Origin: an uncultured Bdellovibrionales bacterium | Lineage (GTDB): Bacteria > Bdellovibrionota > Bdellovibrionia > Bdellovibrionales > SG-bin7 | Assembly (NCBI GenBank): GCA_964498095.1 | Contig: CAZCFY010000007.1 | Span: 114,257-178,256, forward strand | Direction of reading: 5' to 3' | DNA length: 64,000 nucleotides | In this document: positions 9,289 through 19,141 of the stretch, piece after piece | Layout: every line of letters starts with the position of its first letter | How positions within the stretch are numbered: the first letter of the stretch is position 1 | Made by a program: the position numbers and the translations under genes | The notes under the pieces: model-generated | What the model was told of the DNA's origin: nothing | Seen by the model: the letters and a program-made list of their open reading frames with translations, nothing else | Databases searched by the model: none

Positions 9289-10857
9289 GCGCCGTAGGTC
9301 ACTGTTAACGCCCTCTATCGAATAATATTTCAGGCTGCGTATGTAATTATTTGACTGTGTATTGTTGCCGTGACCCGCACTGTAACCCAGAGAAATTAAA
9401 TTGACCATTGGCAACGCCGCCGCTGGAAGTGTCCCAATAATCATTCCGTTTTCAAAAACCGTTACTCCTGAGGCGGAATACGAGAAAGCTACCTTTCTAA
9501 TTCCTCCCAGTGTCCACGCCGTTGTTCCGGTTAAGGTTCTAACGGTTCCGCCAGCGATCACGTCTAAGGTAGTTAAATTGTTCTTCCCGGAAATGTAAAT
9601 TCCATCGGGAACTGCATTGCCAAACTCTCCGTTGGAATAGCCAAAGACGTAAGCATTGCCGCCGTTAGGTGGCAACTCACCGACTACAAATTCAAGCACA
9701 AAAATCCCCTGAGTCGCATCAAAATTTTGTGTTTGGGTGATCTTGGCAAAGTCAGAACCCCGTGTAACGGCGGCAGCTACGGTCGGTATATAACTTGACG
9801 GTTTGTCACCGAGCTCCACCTGCACCCCCCAATAAGCGCCATTTAATAATTCGTTGCCATTGGCATCATTATCAATGGTGAGCTGAATCGTCGCCGCCAA
9901 GGCCGTGCCCGTAATGGAATGGCGCACCCACTTGTCGGTGAGTGGAATTAATTTTGGTGGAGCATTGGTACCCGGAAATTTTAATGTTAAATTTTGCGCT
10001 ACAGCGGCACGGGATTTTGCCCAAAGTGATGCCGTGTAAACGCTATTAATCGTGGCATTAATTATTGCAGAATTCACAAATGTGCCCACAACTGCCTGAA
10101 AGTCGACGTTATCAGCACTCATTAAACCATCTGGGCCTTGTGAACCATTGAGGGCCACAGCCATGACCAGTGGGTCAATGGATCCATAAGCCCATGGCGG
10201 TGCCGCAAGTTCCGAACTTGAAGTAATTAAATTTTGCGATCCACGCTCGATAAATAATCCCAATGCTAAATTTTTTACCGGATCGAACATGAACCGCGGT
10301 GCCGCCGCGATTACGGTTTTTACTTGATTTAAATTATTAACATAGGTGGCAATAGCCATATTGCCGTCATTGCGCGAAAAGTTTAGTAACTGATTATTGT
10401 CGCTACCGTCGACTTTTGCCGTGAGGGTATTTTTTGTAAAATCAAAGTCTACTTTTGCTTCCAAAACTTCAATATCTATTTCTGACTTTTGTCCCTTGGA
10501 GTCAGTAATAGTGATTCGGTTTAACCCAGCACTTGTCGGATTGAAAATTGAACCCGAAAGCAGTAAGGCGTTACCCGTTATTACCGAATAAACATAGGGC
10601 GGAGTACCCGACACGATATAATCACTCACGTTAAGTGCATCGGATCCGATCAACACTGATATTTTTGGCTTCGAGACAGTTACGGCGGTTGGCGGTGGTT
10701 GCTGGACTGGAGTCAGGTCGCCTTGGGACCCAGTTTCTAAGTTTCCTAATTTGCCACAAGCATTGTAGGAAAGTGGCCCGGCGGCGAGCAAAATAGCGCA
10801 AATTGATAAAGTAAGGCGTCTCTGGCCTGGACCCATGGGCCAAGAAAATCGCGACAT
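9277..10857 (-). CDS. Secreted protein with an Ig-like (He_PIG-like) and a LamG/lectin-like region, function unknown
   Basis: Signal peptide/lipobox (YNAC). The GTPPYVYSVITG segment supports the Ig-like call; the domain assignment is weak. Confidence 0.4.
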   Translation of the reverse strand: MSRFSWPMGPGQRRLTLSICAILLAAGPLSYNACGKLGNLETGSQGDLTPVQQPPPTAVTVSKPKISVLIGSDALNVSDYIVSGTPPYVYSVITGNALLLSGSIFNPTSAGLNRITITDSKGQKSEIDIEVLEAKVDFDFTKNTLTAKVDGSDNNQLLNFSRNDGNMAIATYVNNLNQVKTVIAAAPRFMFDPVKNLALGLFIERGSQNLITSSSELAAPPWAYGSIDPLVMAVALNGSQGPDGLMSADNVDFQAVVGTFVNSAIINATINSVYTASLWAKSRAAVAQNLTLKFPGTNAPPKLIPLTDKWVRHSITGTALAATIQLTIDNDANGNELLNGAYWGVQVELGDKPSSYIPTVAAAVTRGSDFAKITQTQNFDATQGIFVLEFVVGELPPNGGNAYVFGYSNGEFGNAVPDGIYISGKNNLTTLDVIAGGTVRTLTGTTAWTLGGIRKVAFSYSASGVTVFENGMIIGTLPAAALPMVNLISLGYSAGHGNNTQSNNYIRSLKYYSIEGVNSDLRRLSL

Positions 10858-10988
10858 GATAACCCTTCCCCTTAAAATATCTTACCAAAGATAAAGAAAT
10901 TTAGAAATTTTATAAAATCGCCTTGCGCCCGTGTTTTGTTTTGAGACAGAATAGTCTCATTTTGAAACACTTTTCTCGAGGAGAATTT

Positions 10989-11627
10989 ATGAAACATTAT
11001 TTGTTAATATTTAGTGCTCTGTCGCTGCTTGCTGGTTGTTCGTCAGATCAAAAAAATACTATGGCGGGAACCGGAATTGGCGCGGCGGCAGGAGCAGCCG
11101 TTGGCGCTATCATCGGTCATCAAAGCGGAAATCGGGATAAGGGCGCTCTCATTGGCGCGGCACTTGGTGCTGGTGTCGGCGGTTATGTTGGAAACCGCAT
11201 GGATAAACAGGCCAAGGAATTAGAAAAGATCGCTGAAACGAAACGAACCGAACAAGGCCTAGTGACCAAACTAAAGAGCGATATCTTGTTTGAAACCGGA
11301 AAAACGGATTTAAAGAACCAGGCCCAAGGTAATCTTACAAAAATGGCAGAAATCATGAAAAAGTATCCTGAGAACGTCCTAACGATCCGCGGATACACTG
11401 ACAACGAGGGTTCAAGCAAAATTAACGAGTCCCTTTCTCAACAAAGAGCTGAAGCGGTAAAAAATTCGTTGGTAGTTGCAGGTCTTCCTGCCTCAACAAT
11501 TTCCACAGTTGGAATGGGCCCCGCGAATCCGGTGGCCGACAACAAGACAAAAGAAGGTCGAAAGCTAAATCGTCGGGTTGAGATCGAGATTACTGTTGAC
11601 CAATCGAAGGTTCCAAAAGAAAAATAG
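10989..11627 (+). CDS. OmpA-family lipoprotein (glycine-zipper N-terminus plus OmpA C-terminal domain)
   Basis: Start at MKHYLLIFSALSLLAGC (lipobox). Gly-zipper GAAAGAAVGAIIG. OmpA motif GYTDNEGS...NRRVEI. Confidence 0.8.
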   Translation: MKHYLLIFSALSLLAGCSSDQKNTMAGTGIGAAAGAAVGAIIGHQSGNRDKGALIGAALGAGVGGYVGNRMDKQAKELEKIAETKRTEQGLVTKLKSDILFETGKTDLKNQAQGNLTKMAEIMKKYPENVLTIRGYTDNEGSSKINESLSQQRAEAVKNSLVVAGLPASTISTVGMGPANPVADNKTKEGRKLNRRVEIEITVDQSKVPKEK

Positions 11628-11634
11628 AATCTAA

Positions 11635-12984
11635 ATGACCGTTGCTCCTCCACCCGAAGAAGTTGCTCCTGCGGAAGCTGAACAGCCACCTTTAACCTTA
11701 TTGGAAAGGTGGCCAAACCTATCTCATGAAGAACGCATAACGGAATTTAAGGCCCTACCCCGCACCGATGCAGAAGAATTATTTTTAAATCTTCACGCTC
11801 CTGAACAAAACGAAATTTATTCGGAATTAACGCCGGCTGAACGCCGCTCTTGGATCCGCATGTTGGCGCCCGACGATGCGGCCGACTTATTACAGTTATT
11901 TCCAGTCGATGACCGCCCTGCCGCGCTCGCCCTACTTGATGACTTTACCCGCCGCGAGGTTGTGGCCCTTCTTGCGTATGCCGAGGACGAAGCGGGGGGC
12001 TTAATGAGCTCGCGCTATATTCGGTTGCGCCCCGATATGTCGGTGGACGAAGCAATTCATTACCTGCGTGCGCAGATGAAAGCCCCGAATATCGAAGTGG
12101 TGTATTATGCTTACGTATTAGACCCTTCACAAAAAATATTGGGTATTGTTTCATTTCGGCAGCTAATGTTAGCTCCGCCAATGAAGGCCGTTCGCGACAT
12201 AATGACTACGGACATTATCGCCATTCCCGAGGACATGGACCAAGAGGAAGTTTCTAAAAAGTTCGCGCAGCACGATCTCATGGCAATTCCAGTTACAGAT
12301 GCCGACATGAAAATGAAAGGTATCATTACCTTTGACGACGTTGTCGATGTTGTTAAAGAAGAAGCTACCGAGGACATTCAAAAACTTGGTGCCGTTCAAG
12401 TTATGGACTCGCCATATTTGCGCACGCCATTTTTTAAGCTTATCCAAAAGCGTGCCGGCTGGCTTATTGTTCTCTTTATTGGCGAAATGTTTACCGCAAC
12501 AGCGATTGGATACTATGAAAGCGAAATTGCCAACGCCGTCGTACTGGCACTTTTTATCCCACTTATTATCAGTAGTGGTGGTAATTCTGGATCCCAGGCT
12601 TCGACTCTTGTTATCCGCTCGTTGGCATTGGGAGAATTGCGGGTCGAAGACTGGAAGAGAATTCTAGTTCGCGAAATATACTCTGGCCTGACTTTAGGAC
12701 TCATGCTTGGACTTATCTGCGCCGCCCGTATTTATCTTTTGCCCGGCCGTGACCAAAATTACGGTGAGCACTACATGCAATTGGGTGTCGCCGTAAGTTT
12801 AAGCGTGGTTTTCGTAGTGCTCTGGGGCGCCACCGTCGGCTCTATGTTACCACTCGGACTGCGCAAATTGAATTTCGACCCCGCAACAGCTTCGGCGCCG
12901 CTGGTTGCGACTCTCGTCGACGTTACTGGGCTTATCATTTATTTTTCGATCGCCAGATTTGTCATGGGCGGCACTCTTTTTTAA
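11635..12984 (+). CDS. mgtE: Magnesium transporter MgtE
   Basis: MgtE N-domain, tandem CBS region and a C-terminal TM domain (IPLIISSGGNSGSQAS, ATLVDVTGL). Confidence 0.9.
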   Translation: MTVAPPPEEVAPAEAEQPPLTLLERWPNLSHEERITEFKALPRTDAEELFLNLHAPEQNEIYSELTPAERRSWIRMLAPDDAADLLQLFPVDDRPAALALLDDFTRREVVALLAYAEDEAGGLMSSRYIRLRPDMSVDEAIHYLRAQMKAPNIEVVYYAYVLDPSQKILGIVSFRQLMLAPPMKAVRDIMTTDIIAIPEDMDQEEVSKKFAQHDLMAIPVTDADMKMKGIITFDDVVDVVKEEATEDIQKLGAVQVMDSPYLRTPFFKLIQKRAGWLIVLFIGEMFTATAIGYYESEIANAVVLALFIPLIISSGGNSGSQASTLVIRSLALGELRVEDWKRILVREIYSGLTLGLMLGLICAARIYLLPGRDQNYGEHYMQLGVAVSLSVVFVVLWGATVGSMLPLGLRKLNFDPATASAPLVATLVDVTGLIIYFSIARFVMGGTLF

Positions 12985-14192
12985 AAGGTATATCCCACTT
13001 CGAGTAAGAATACGGACAAAAATAAATTAAGTTCGCCGTTAAATGTTGTCGTTTGGGCGGCATCTTTATAAGTGAACCCGTGATTTTCCATGGCCGCCGT
13101 ATAGCGGCCCCCCCACGACAGGGAATCAGAGAGTCTTTTATTGATTCCAAAATTTAATTCCAAACCAAGCTTTGGCAAAAGGGAAAAACTATTAAGCTCA
13201 GGGGAGTCATAAGAGACGGGATAAATATAACTTACCATTATGTCATAGAGCCAGCCCTGCGGGTCGCCAAATCTTGAGCCAAAACCAAACGCAACTCCTA
13301 ACATACTATTTTCCAATAAGCTCACCTGGTTAGTTTGATTGATGGACAGAAAAGGAATTTTATGACTTTGTACCCCAGCACGGACACGTGAACCAAGTTT
13401 AGAACTTTTATCTCCCACTCGCCAAAACAAATCCGCACTCAAAATTTGCCAGTTGGCCTTGCCTTTTACTAACGTAAACGGCGGCTCAGCTTGCGAAATT
13501 GCCCCTGGATGAGACTGAAAACTAACGTCCCCCGCCAAATTCTTTCCTTCGTACCCAAGACCCGCGGCCATTGAGGGAAATTGTATGTTTTGAAAGGAAA
13601 GTTCGTTTGTTCCTTCTTGTTTTTGAGTTACTTTTTGATAGTTACCCCCAACACTTAAACGCAAAGTAACGGCGCTAGGTGACGCCGAAGACTTGGTACT
13701 TCGGTCTTTGTCGCGCTCTCGCTCGCCGCGTTCTCGGTCGCGATCACGCTCCCGTTCGTCAGCTTTCGCGACCACGGGCGCAGGGGGTTTTAGAGTTGGC
13801 TTAGGCGACCGCTTTTTGGTTTTTACGTTGAGCTTAGCCGCCGTATCACTAATATCAAAAAGGACCAAAATTGTCTGCGACTCGTCGCCCTTTACAAAAA
13901 CCGGAACCTGTAAGAGACCCTTAGGTAATTTAGTTTTTAAATCAAAAACTCCTCTTTCATCAGCTACAGCCGCCGCGCTTTCCGGACTTAATTTTTTTCC
14001 CTTTTGTGGTCCGCGGATAACTATAACTTTGCTAAGATCAATGCTTATTCTTGCGCCGGGATCCGTTTCCCCCGAAATTAAAATCCGGGCCCGACCCTGA
14101 GCATCCGTACCCTCAAAGACGGGGTCGTACCATTCTATGCCAGCGGCATGAGAAATAGCGGAAATCAGGCTGAGTAATACGAACATGAACAT
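12981..14192 (-). CDS. Secreted/outer-membrane protein: N-terminal Ig/carboxypeptidase-regulatory-like module, RE/RD-rich linker, C-terminal beta-barrel-like region
   Basis: Signal peptide. Linker sequence ERERDRDRERGERERDKDR. The C-terminus has alternating hydrophobic residues and ends in F. Confidence 0.4.
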   Translation of the reverse strand: MFMFVLLSLISAISHAAGIEWYDPVFEGTDAQGRARILISGETDPGARISIDLSKVIVIRGPQKGKKLSPESAAAVADERGVFDLKTKLPKGLLQVPVFVKGDESQTILVLFDISDTAAKLNVKTKKRSPKPTLKPPAPVVAKADERERDRDRERGERERDKDRSTKSSASPSAVTLRLSVGGNYQKVTQKQEGTNELSFQNIQFPSMAAGLGYEGKNLAGDVSFQSHPGAISQAEPPFTLVKGKANWQILSADLFWRVGDKSSKLGSRVRAGVQSHKIPFLSINQTNQVSLLENSMLGVAFGFGSRFGDPQGWLYDIMVSYIYPVSYDSPELNSFSLLPKLGLELNFGINKRLSDSLSWGGRYTAAMENHGFTYKDAAQTTTFNGELNLFLSVFLLEVGYTF

Positions 14193-14330
14193 CCACTTTT
14201 AATCGGCTAAAACTGAAACGTTCTTAAAACTCCCGCGCTCTATTGTTGTTCTCGACTAGACCATAGTCCAACTTCACACCCCGGTACCTCAGATAAGTAC
14301 CGAAATTTCCGATAGAAAAGATGTAAAAGT

Positions 14331-17090
14331 ATGTCCAAAAATCCGAGCCTCAAACCCGGCTCCAAGCTGGGACCTTATGAAATTTTGGAACTCATCGGTA
14401 AAGGTGGGATGGGCGAAGTCTATCAAGCGTACGAAGAATCCCTTGATAGAAAAGTTGCCATAAAAATCATTCCCAAAGAGCTCGCCGATAAAGACCCGGA
14501 AATTGTAAAGCGTTTTGATGCCGAAGGGAAAGTTCTCGCACAGATGAGTCACCCAAACGTCGTGGTGGTGCACAGCCTCGGCCAATACGACGGGATCCAT
14601 TTTCTCACAATGGAGTTCGTTGACGGCCCCTCGCTAAAAGAAAGAATTAAAGAAAGAGTCTTTGATTTAAGCGAAGCTATTCCGCTCTTTCTGCAAATGC
14701 TACAGGGAACGGACGCTTTGCACCGCATGGGAATTATTCACCGCGATTTAAAACCCGCCAATGTTATTTACAAAAAAGACGGCACCATAAAAATCGTGGA
14801 CTTGGGTATTGCTAAAAATACCGAGGATACAAATCCTGAGCTTACAAAAGTCGGCGAAGTGGTTGGCTCGCCGATGTATATGTCACCCGAAGTCGCCTGT
14901 GGCGATCCCGCGACAAAACAATCCGATATCTGGGGACTTGGACTAATTTTTTACGAAATGCTTGTTGGAAAAAATCCCTTCAAGGGAAATTCCCAAGCCA
15001 CCATCTTAAAAAAAATCACGACCACGGATTTAGATTTTCCAAAAGAATATTACGTTAAATATCCCATCGACGTAATTAAGGCCATAAAAAAAATGTGTTC
15101 GCGAAACGCTCCCACTCGTTACGCCTCGATCGCCGAAGCTTATCGAGATTTTGAAGTCATCGCCGAACGCTTTAACCGCAAAGACGTCGGCGACAAAACA
15201 TCATTTGGAATTACTTCTGGTGGTCTTAGTAATACTTCTTCGAAAACAATGCCCATTTATCAACCGCCGCGCAGCCAACCCGTTAATCCCATGCAAACGG
15301 GGTTTTCTAAAACTCGCACAATCCAATCGCGGTCGCAAAAAAACTACAGCGAAGACAACGATGAATCACAATTAAAAATTTATTCCCTACTCTACCTGGC
15401 AGCGGCAGCCATAGGCGTGGTCGTATTCCTTAAATATAAAGACCGCATAGGTGGCGATGTCCCCGAAGTTAAGCCCCCGACTGCTGCCGAAGAATCCAGT
15501 GCTTCTAAGCGGCAGCCTCTTTCCATAACGGTACGATCACCACAAGAAGGAAAAGTACTTTGGGTTGCAAAGAACAACCTTTTCTCCGTGGAATACCAAG
15601 TTTCTGGAACGCTCGGAAATTTTAAAATTCAAATTGCGACCGACTCGATGTTTTCAAACGTAGTAATAGACAAATATTCTCCGCCACGCCCCTTCCAGAC
15701 TTCTGACCTGGAACCCGAGCGCACTTATTTTTTACGCTTTGTTAATCAGGCGGGCGGCGCCACAAGTTACAGTGATACAATTTCATTTTCCATCTCTGCA
15801 AAGGCACCACCGGTTTTGACCTTGCCGACCGAAGACGCTAAATTCGCGATTTCTAATCCACAACTGAATGAGGCCAGCGTAAATTTTGAGTGGAAGCGCA
15901 AAATTTCCATTGACCGTTACCGCTTACAAGTTGCGAAGGACATGGCATTTACCCGGATAATCTTAGATAAGTCCGTTGCCGGCAATCTACTGCCTTCGAC
16001 ACCAATTCCCGCCGGTAATTATTATTGGCGCGTCAGAGCTATTGGCGATAGCCCCATCTCCGAGATGTGGAGCCGCACGCAAGTTTTTACAGTGACAAAG
16101 GCCACCAACCAACCGCAAGTTCAAGTAACCCCGACCTATACGCCGCCACAGCCAAGACCTGCGGAAAAGGTTCCCCTTAAAGCGCCGCAAATAGAAAAAG
16201 CAAAAATTACGACTATGTTAGTTAGCCGCGGTAACACCCGAACACCATCGAGTTACTCGGCCCCCGCCGCTCCAATAATTTCTTGGAACAAAGTGCGTGG
16301 CGCTTCGAACTATTCTGTGCAAATCGCCTCGGATTCAAATTTTGCAAATCTTGTCCTCGACACTTCATCACTTAAAAACTCCTATAAATGGAACGAAGTG
16401 GCTCCGGGGAATTATTTCTTCCGAGTTTACGCGCGAAACAACGAAGGCACCGTCAGCAGCAGCAGCATTACCGGACAAATCGAGGCCTTATTTACCGCTC
16501 CTGATATCGATGGCACTTTCAAAATACTCGAAAAGGGTGAACGTTTCCAGGCTAAGATACGCTGGCGAAAAAATCCTATGGCCCGAGGCTACGCCGTTAA
16601 GCTCAGTGATAATCTGGCGTTCACGAATAATGTAAAAACATTTAAATCTGACGAAGAAACCCTGGATCTTGATTTAGATTCTAATCGGCGCCAATATATT
16701 AAGGTAGCCGTACTTAACGAAAATGGCGAACCGATGAGTCTTTATTCGAAGGCTTCCGTTCTAGTCTTTGACAAAATTCCTCAATTGGATAGTCCCCGAA
16801 TTAACGTTCCTCCGGATGGAACTTCACTTGCCGCCACACCAAGTGCTACCTCTCCCGTTGTGTTTGAGTGGCAAACCACCGGCAAAGCCTCCGCTTATCA
16901 AATTCAATTTGCGCGCGATCCAGATTTTTCTGATGTATTATTTTCTACCCGCGTAAAAGAAAACTTATTAGTTTTTGATAAACGCCTGCCTTCCGGCCGT
17001 ATTTATTGGCGGCTACGCGCCGAAAAAGAAAAAGCCTCATCTCCGTGGACTGGCACCCGAACATTAGAAATTCCCGGGAGAGGTGATTAA
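14331..17090 (+). CDS. Membrane Ser/Thr protein kinase with five extracytoplasmic Ig/FN3-like repeats
   Basis: Kinase motifs GKGGMGEVY, VAIK, HRDLKPAN, DLGIA and SPE. One TM segment (IYSLLYLAAAAIGVVVFL). Five repeats carry Y-x-[VL]-Q-[IV]-A-x-D-x-x-F. Confidence 0.85.
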   Translation: MSKNPSLKPGSKLGPYEILELIGKGGMGEVYQAYEESLDRKVAIKIIPKELADKDPEIVKRFDAEGKVLAQMSHPNVVVVHSLGQYDGIHFLTMEFVDGPSLKERIKERVFDLSEAIPLFLQMLQGTDALHRMGIIHRDLKPANVIYKKDGTIKIVDLGIAKNTEDTNPELTKVGEVVGSPMYMSPEVACGDPATKQSDIWGLGLIFYEMLVGKNPFKGNSQATILKKITTTDLDFPKEYYVKYPIDVIKAIKKMCSRNAPTRYASIAEAYRDFEVIAERFNRKDVGDKTSFGITSGGLSNTSSKTMPIYQPPRSQPVNPMQTGFSKTRTIQSRSQKNYSEDNDESQLKIYSLLYLAAAAIGVVVFLKYKDRIGGDVPEVKPPTAAEESSASKRQPLSITVRSPQEGKVLWVAKNNLFSVEYQVSGTLGNFKIQIATDSMFSNVVIDKYSPPRPFQTSDLEPERTYFLRFVNQAGGATSYSDTISFSISAKAPPVLTLPTEDAKFAISNPQLNEASVNFEWKRKISIDRYRLQVAKDMAFTRIILDKSVAGNLLPSTPIPAGNYYWRVRAIGDSPISEMWSRTQVFTVTKATNQPQVQVTPTYTPPQPRPAEKVPLKAPQIEKAKITTMLVSRGNTRTPSSYSAPAAPIISWNKVRGASNYSVQIASDSNFANLVLDTSSLKNSYKWNEVAPGNYFFRVYARNNEGTVSSSSITGQIEALFTAPDIDGTFKILEKGERFQAKIRWRKNPMARGYAVKLSDNLAFTNNVKTFKSDEETLDLDLDSNRRQYIKVAVLNENGEPMSLYSKASVLVFDKIPQLDSPRINVPPDGTSLAATPSATSPVVFEWQTTGKASAYQIQFARDPDFSDVLFSTRVKENLLVFDKRLPSGRIYWRLRAEKEKASSPWTGTRTLEIPGRGD

Positions 17091-18073
17091 TGGCAAAAAT
17101 CGAAGCCTACCGCTGGACTCCGCTAAAGCCGGGCGACATAATTGATATTGTTGCTCCCGGCTCGGCCATTCCCGAAGATGAATTAGCAAAAATCGGTCAA
17201 TTTCTTAAAAACGCCGGTTTTACTCCGCGCTGTCCAAGTGACCTAATTGCCCCCGAATTATTTTGTTCTAATTCCGACGAAAATCGCGCCCGCCACCTTA
17301 TAACTTCTTTCCATGATCCAAAGTCAAAAGCGGTTTGGTGTTTGCGCAATGGCTATGGCTCTAACCGCGTCATGCCTTTTCTCACTAAAATTACCGCGCC
17401 GAAACGCCCGAAGTTGTTCTTAGGAGCCAGCGATGCTACGCCACTTCACACCTTTATTTCGCAAGCGTGGAAATGGCCAACACTATGGAGCCCGGCTCTT
17501 GACAAAATTGTCAGCGAAACCTTTTCTCCCGCGACCCGCAAGGAAGTAGGAATGATTCTACAGGGCAAGATGCTCGAAATCACTTTTCATAATTTGCGTC
17601 CATTAAATCCCGTCGCCCAATTTAGTAACGAGTTTCAAGGTCCAATTGTGGGCGGCAGTCTCTCTTCACTTTGCTCTTCTGTGGGTACACCCTGGCAATT
17701 AGAGGGGAAGGATTTCATTCTATTATTGGAGGAATCCGGTCTTCGCGCCACACGCATAGACCAATGCATGGAACATTTGTATCAACTCGGGGTCTTTAAG
17801 CGGGCCATTGCGGTGGTTTTTGGATCGTTTCATAAATGCACCGAGTCCGACGGCTCGAGCCTCTGGCCATCAGTTTTAGAGCGTATGGCTAAAAAGTGCG
17901 ATATCCCCTTTGTCTTTGGTATTCCAACCTCCAACACCGGAGGCGATCGACCACTGCCAATTGGTACCAACGCCAGCCTCTTTACGGGTGCGGTAAATAA
18001 ATTGGTTTGCCCGGTAAATGGCTCCGTCGCCGGCGAGGCCTCCTTTAACGGAACCATGTCAAGAGTCAGCTAG
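17090..18073 (+). CDS. LD-carboxypeptidase (peptidase S66 family)
   Basis: IVAPGSAI and GASDAT (nucleophile serine motif). The start overlaps the kinase stop as TAATG. Confidence 0.75.
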   Translation: MAKIEAYRWTPLKPGDIIDIVAPGSAIPEDELAKIGQFLKNAGFTPRCPSDLIAPELFCSNSDENRARHLITSFHDPKSKAVWCLRNGYGSNRVMPFLTKITAPKRPKLFLGASDATPLHTFISQAWKWPTLWSPALDKIVSETFSPATRKEVGMILQGKMLEITFHNLRPLNPVAQFSNEFQGPIVGGSLSSLCSSVGTPWQLEGKDFILLLEESGLRATRIDQCMEHLYQLGVFKRAIAVVFGSFHKCTESDGSSLWPSVLERMAKKCDIPFVFGIPTSNTGGDRPLPIGTNASLFTGAVNKLVCPVNGSVAGEASFNGTMSRVS

Positions 18074-18108
18074 TTGACTCGTCAGCATTTCTAAATTATC
18101 AGAATGGC

Positions 18109-18552
18109 ATGCGTTTTATCCTTACAATTATTTTATTTTTTACGGAAATCAGTTTCGCAAAACCAGTTAACGGAATTTTTGTTCTTTGGCAAAGAAAGCC
18201 CTGCTTACCGAATTCCACTTGCGAAATGCCACAGCCGCTTTCTAATCCCCAGTCTTTCGAATTTAGCTCCTTTGACGGCTCCGCGCCGGGAACTTATCCC
18301 GCGCCATCGGTAACCCGGTCACTTAACGGGTTTAAAATTCATTTAGAGTTTTATACCGTAAATAAGGGTCCGACTCCCTATTATGTAAGCCAAGAGTTTA
18401 TTCTCGACGAGTTTAATGCCGTAGTTGCTCAATGCACACAATACAGCGAGGCAAAAGTGACTTTCTTTTTCCCCGTAGGTTCCTGTTCGGGAATTCACAA
18501 AGAAAAACAAATAGGGATTAGTTTTCTTAAACCCGGGCCGTCTGATAAATAG
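18109..18552 (+). CDS. Small secreted hypothetical protein
   Basis: Signal peptide MRFILTIILFFTEISFA. No recognisable domain. Confidence 0.35.
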   Translation: MRFILTIILFFTEISFAKPVNGIFVLWQRKPCLPNSTCEMPQPLSNPQSFEFSSFDGSAPGTYPAPSVTRSLNGFKIHLEFYTVNKGPTPYYVSQEFILDEFNAVVAQCTQYSEAKVTFFFPVGSCSGIHKEKQIGISFLKPGPSDK

Positions 18553-19141
18553 AATAGTTTTTAAAATGCGCCGGCGTAACGACTTGCGAAAGCCAAGGGT
18601 TTTCCTGCTCAATGAGATCGCGGCAAAGTCTGCCGCGCCCAATAACGATAATTTTTTTTGACTTAGAAACTTCTCCGAGATCAAAGAGAGTTTTGCGCAC
18701 GTCTTGAGGGCTACCGAAATCGTAAATAAAATAAACCTCGGCTAGGGGCAGTGCAAACGCTGCTGCAATAACGTCAGCCCAGATTAATTGCACGTTAGAA
18801 AATTGTTTTAGAACTTTTGCGCCCTCATCGACCCGCGCCTGGACAGCTTCAAAACCGATAAAATTATAAGAGGGAAAACTTTTTCCGATCACATAACCCA
18901 ACCGGCCATAGGCGGCGCCCACGTCGACAAATGTGGATCCTGGTGGCAAATTTAATTTGTGGATTATCTCGTAGAACTCCGAATATGGCGTTTGCAGTAC
19001 ATCTGGTTTTAGCCCGGCCCAAAAATTCTTGCCCGTAGGACTAGCGGTAATATTTTTTTCAATTTCGTCTATTTTTAGACCGAGTTCAGCATCGAGGCGG
19101 GCGGAATTTATTTTAGCTTCATTGTAAGGAACTGTTTCCAT
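18527..19141 (-). CDS. Class I SAM-dependent methyltransferase (family unclear)
   Basis: FVDVGAAYGRLGYVIG resembles SAM-binding motif I. Confidence 0.45.
   Translation of the reverse strand: METVPYNEAKINSARLDAELGLKIDEIEKNITASPTGKNFWAGLKPDVLQTPYSEFYEIIHKLNLPPGSTFVDVGAAYGRLGYVIGKSFPSYNFIGFEAVQARVDEGAKVLKQFSNVQLIWADVIAAAFALPLAEVYFIYDFGSPQDVRKTLFDLGEVSKSKKIIVIGRGRLCRDLIEQENPWLSQVVTPAHFKNYSIYQTARV

Noticed and set aside
13693-14100. Numerous 60-135-aa ORFs nested antisense or out of frame inside long ORFs (for example 13693-14100, 16297-16635, 12332-12667, 21490-21882, 39758-40111, 42067-42510).
   Set aside because: They lie entirely within better-supported longer genes that have recognisable domains, and they have low-complexity or biased composition. 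I treat them as shadow ORFs.
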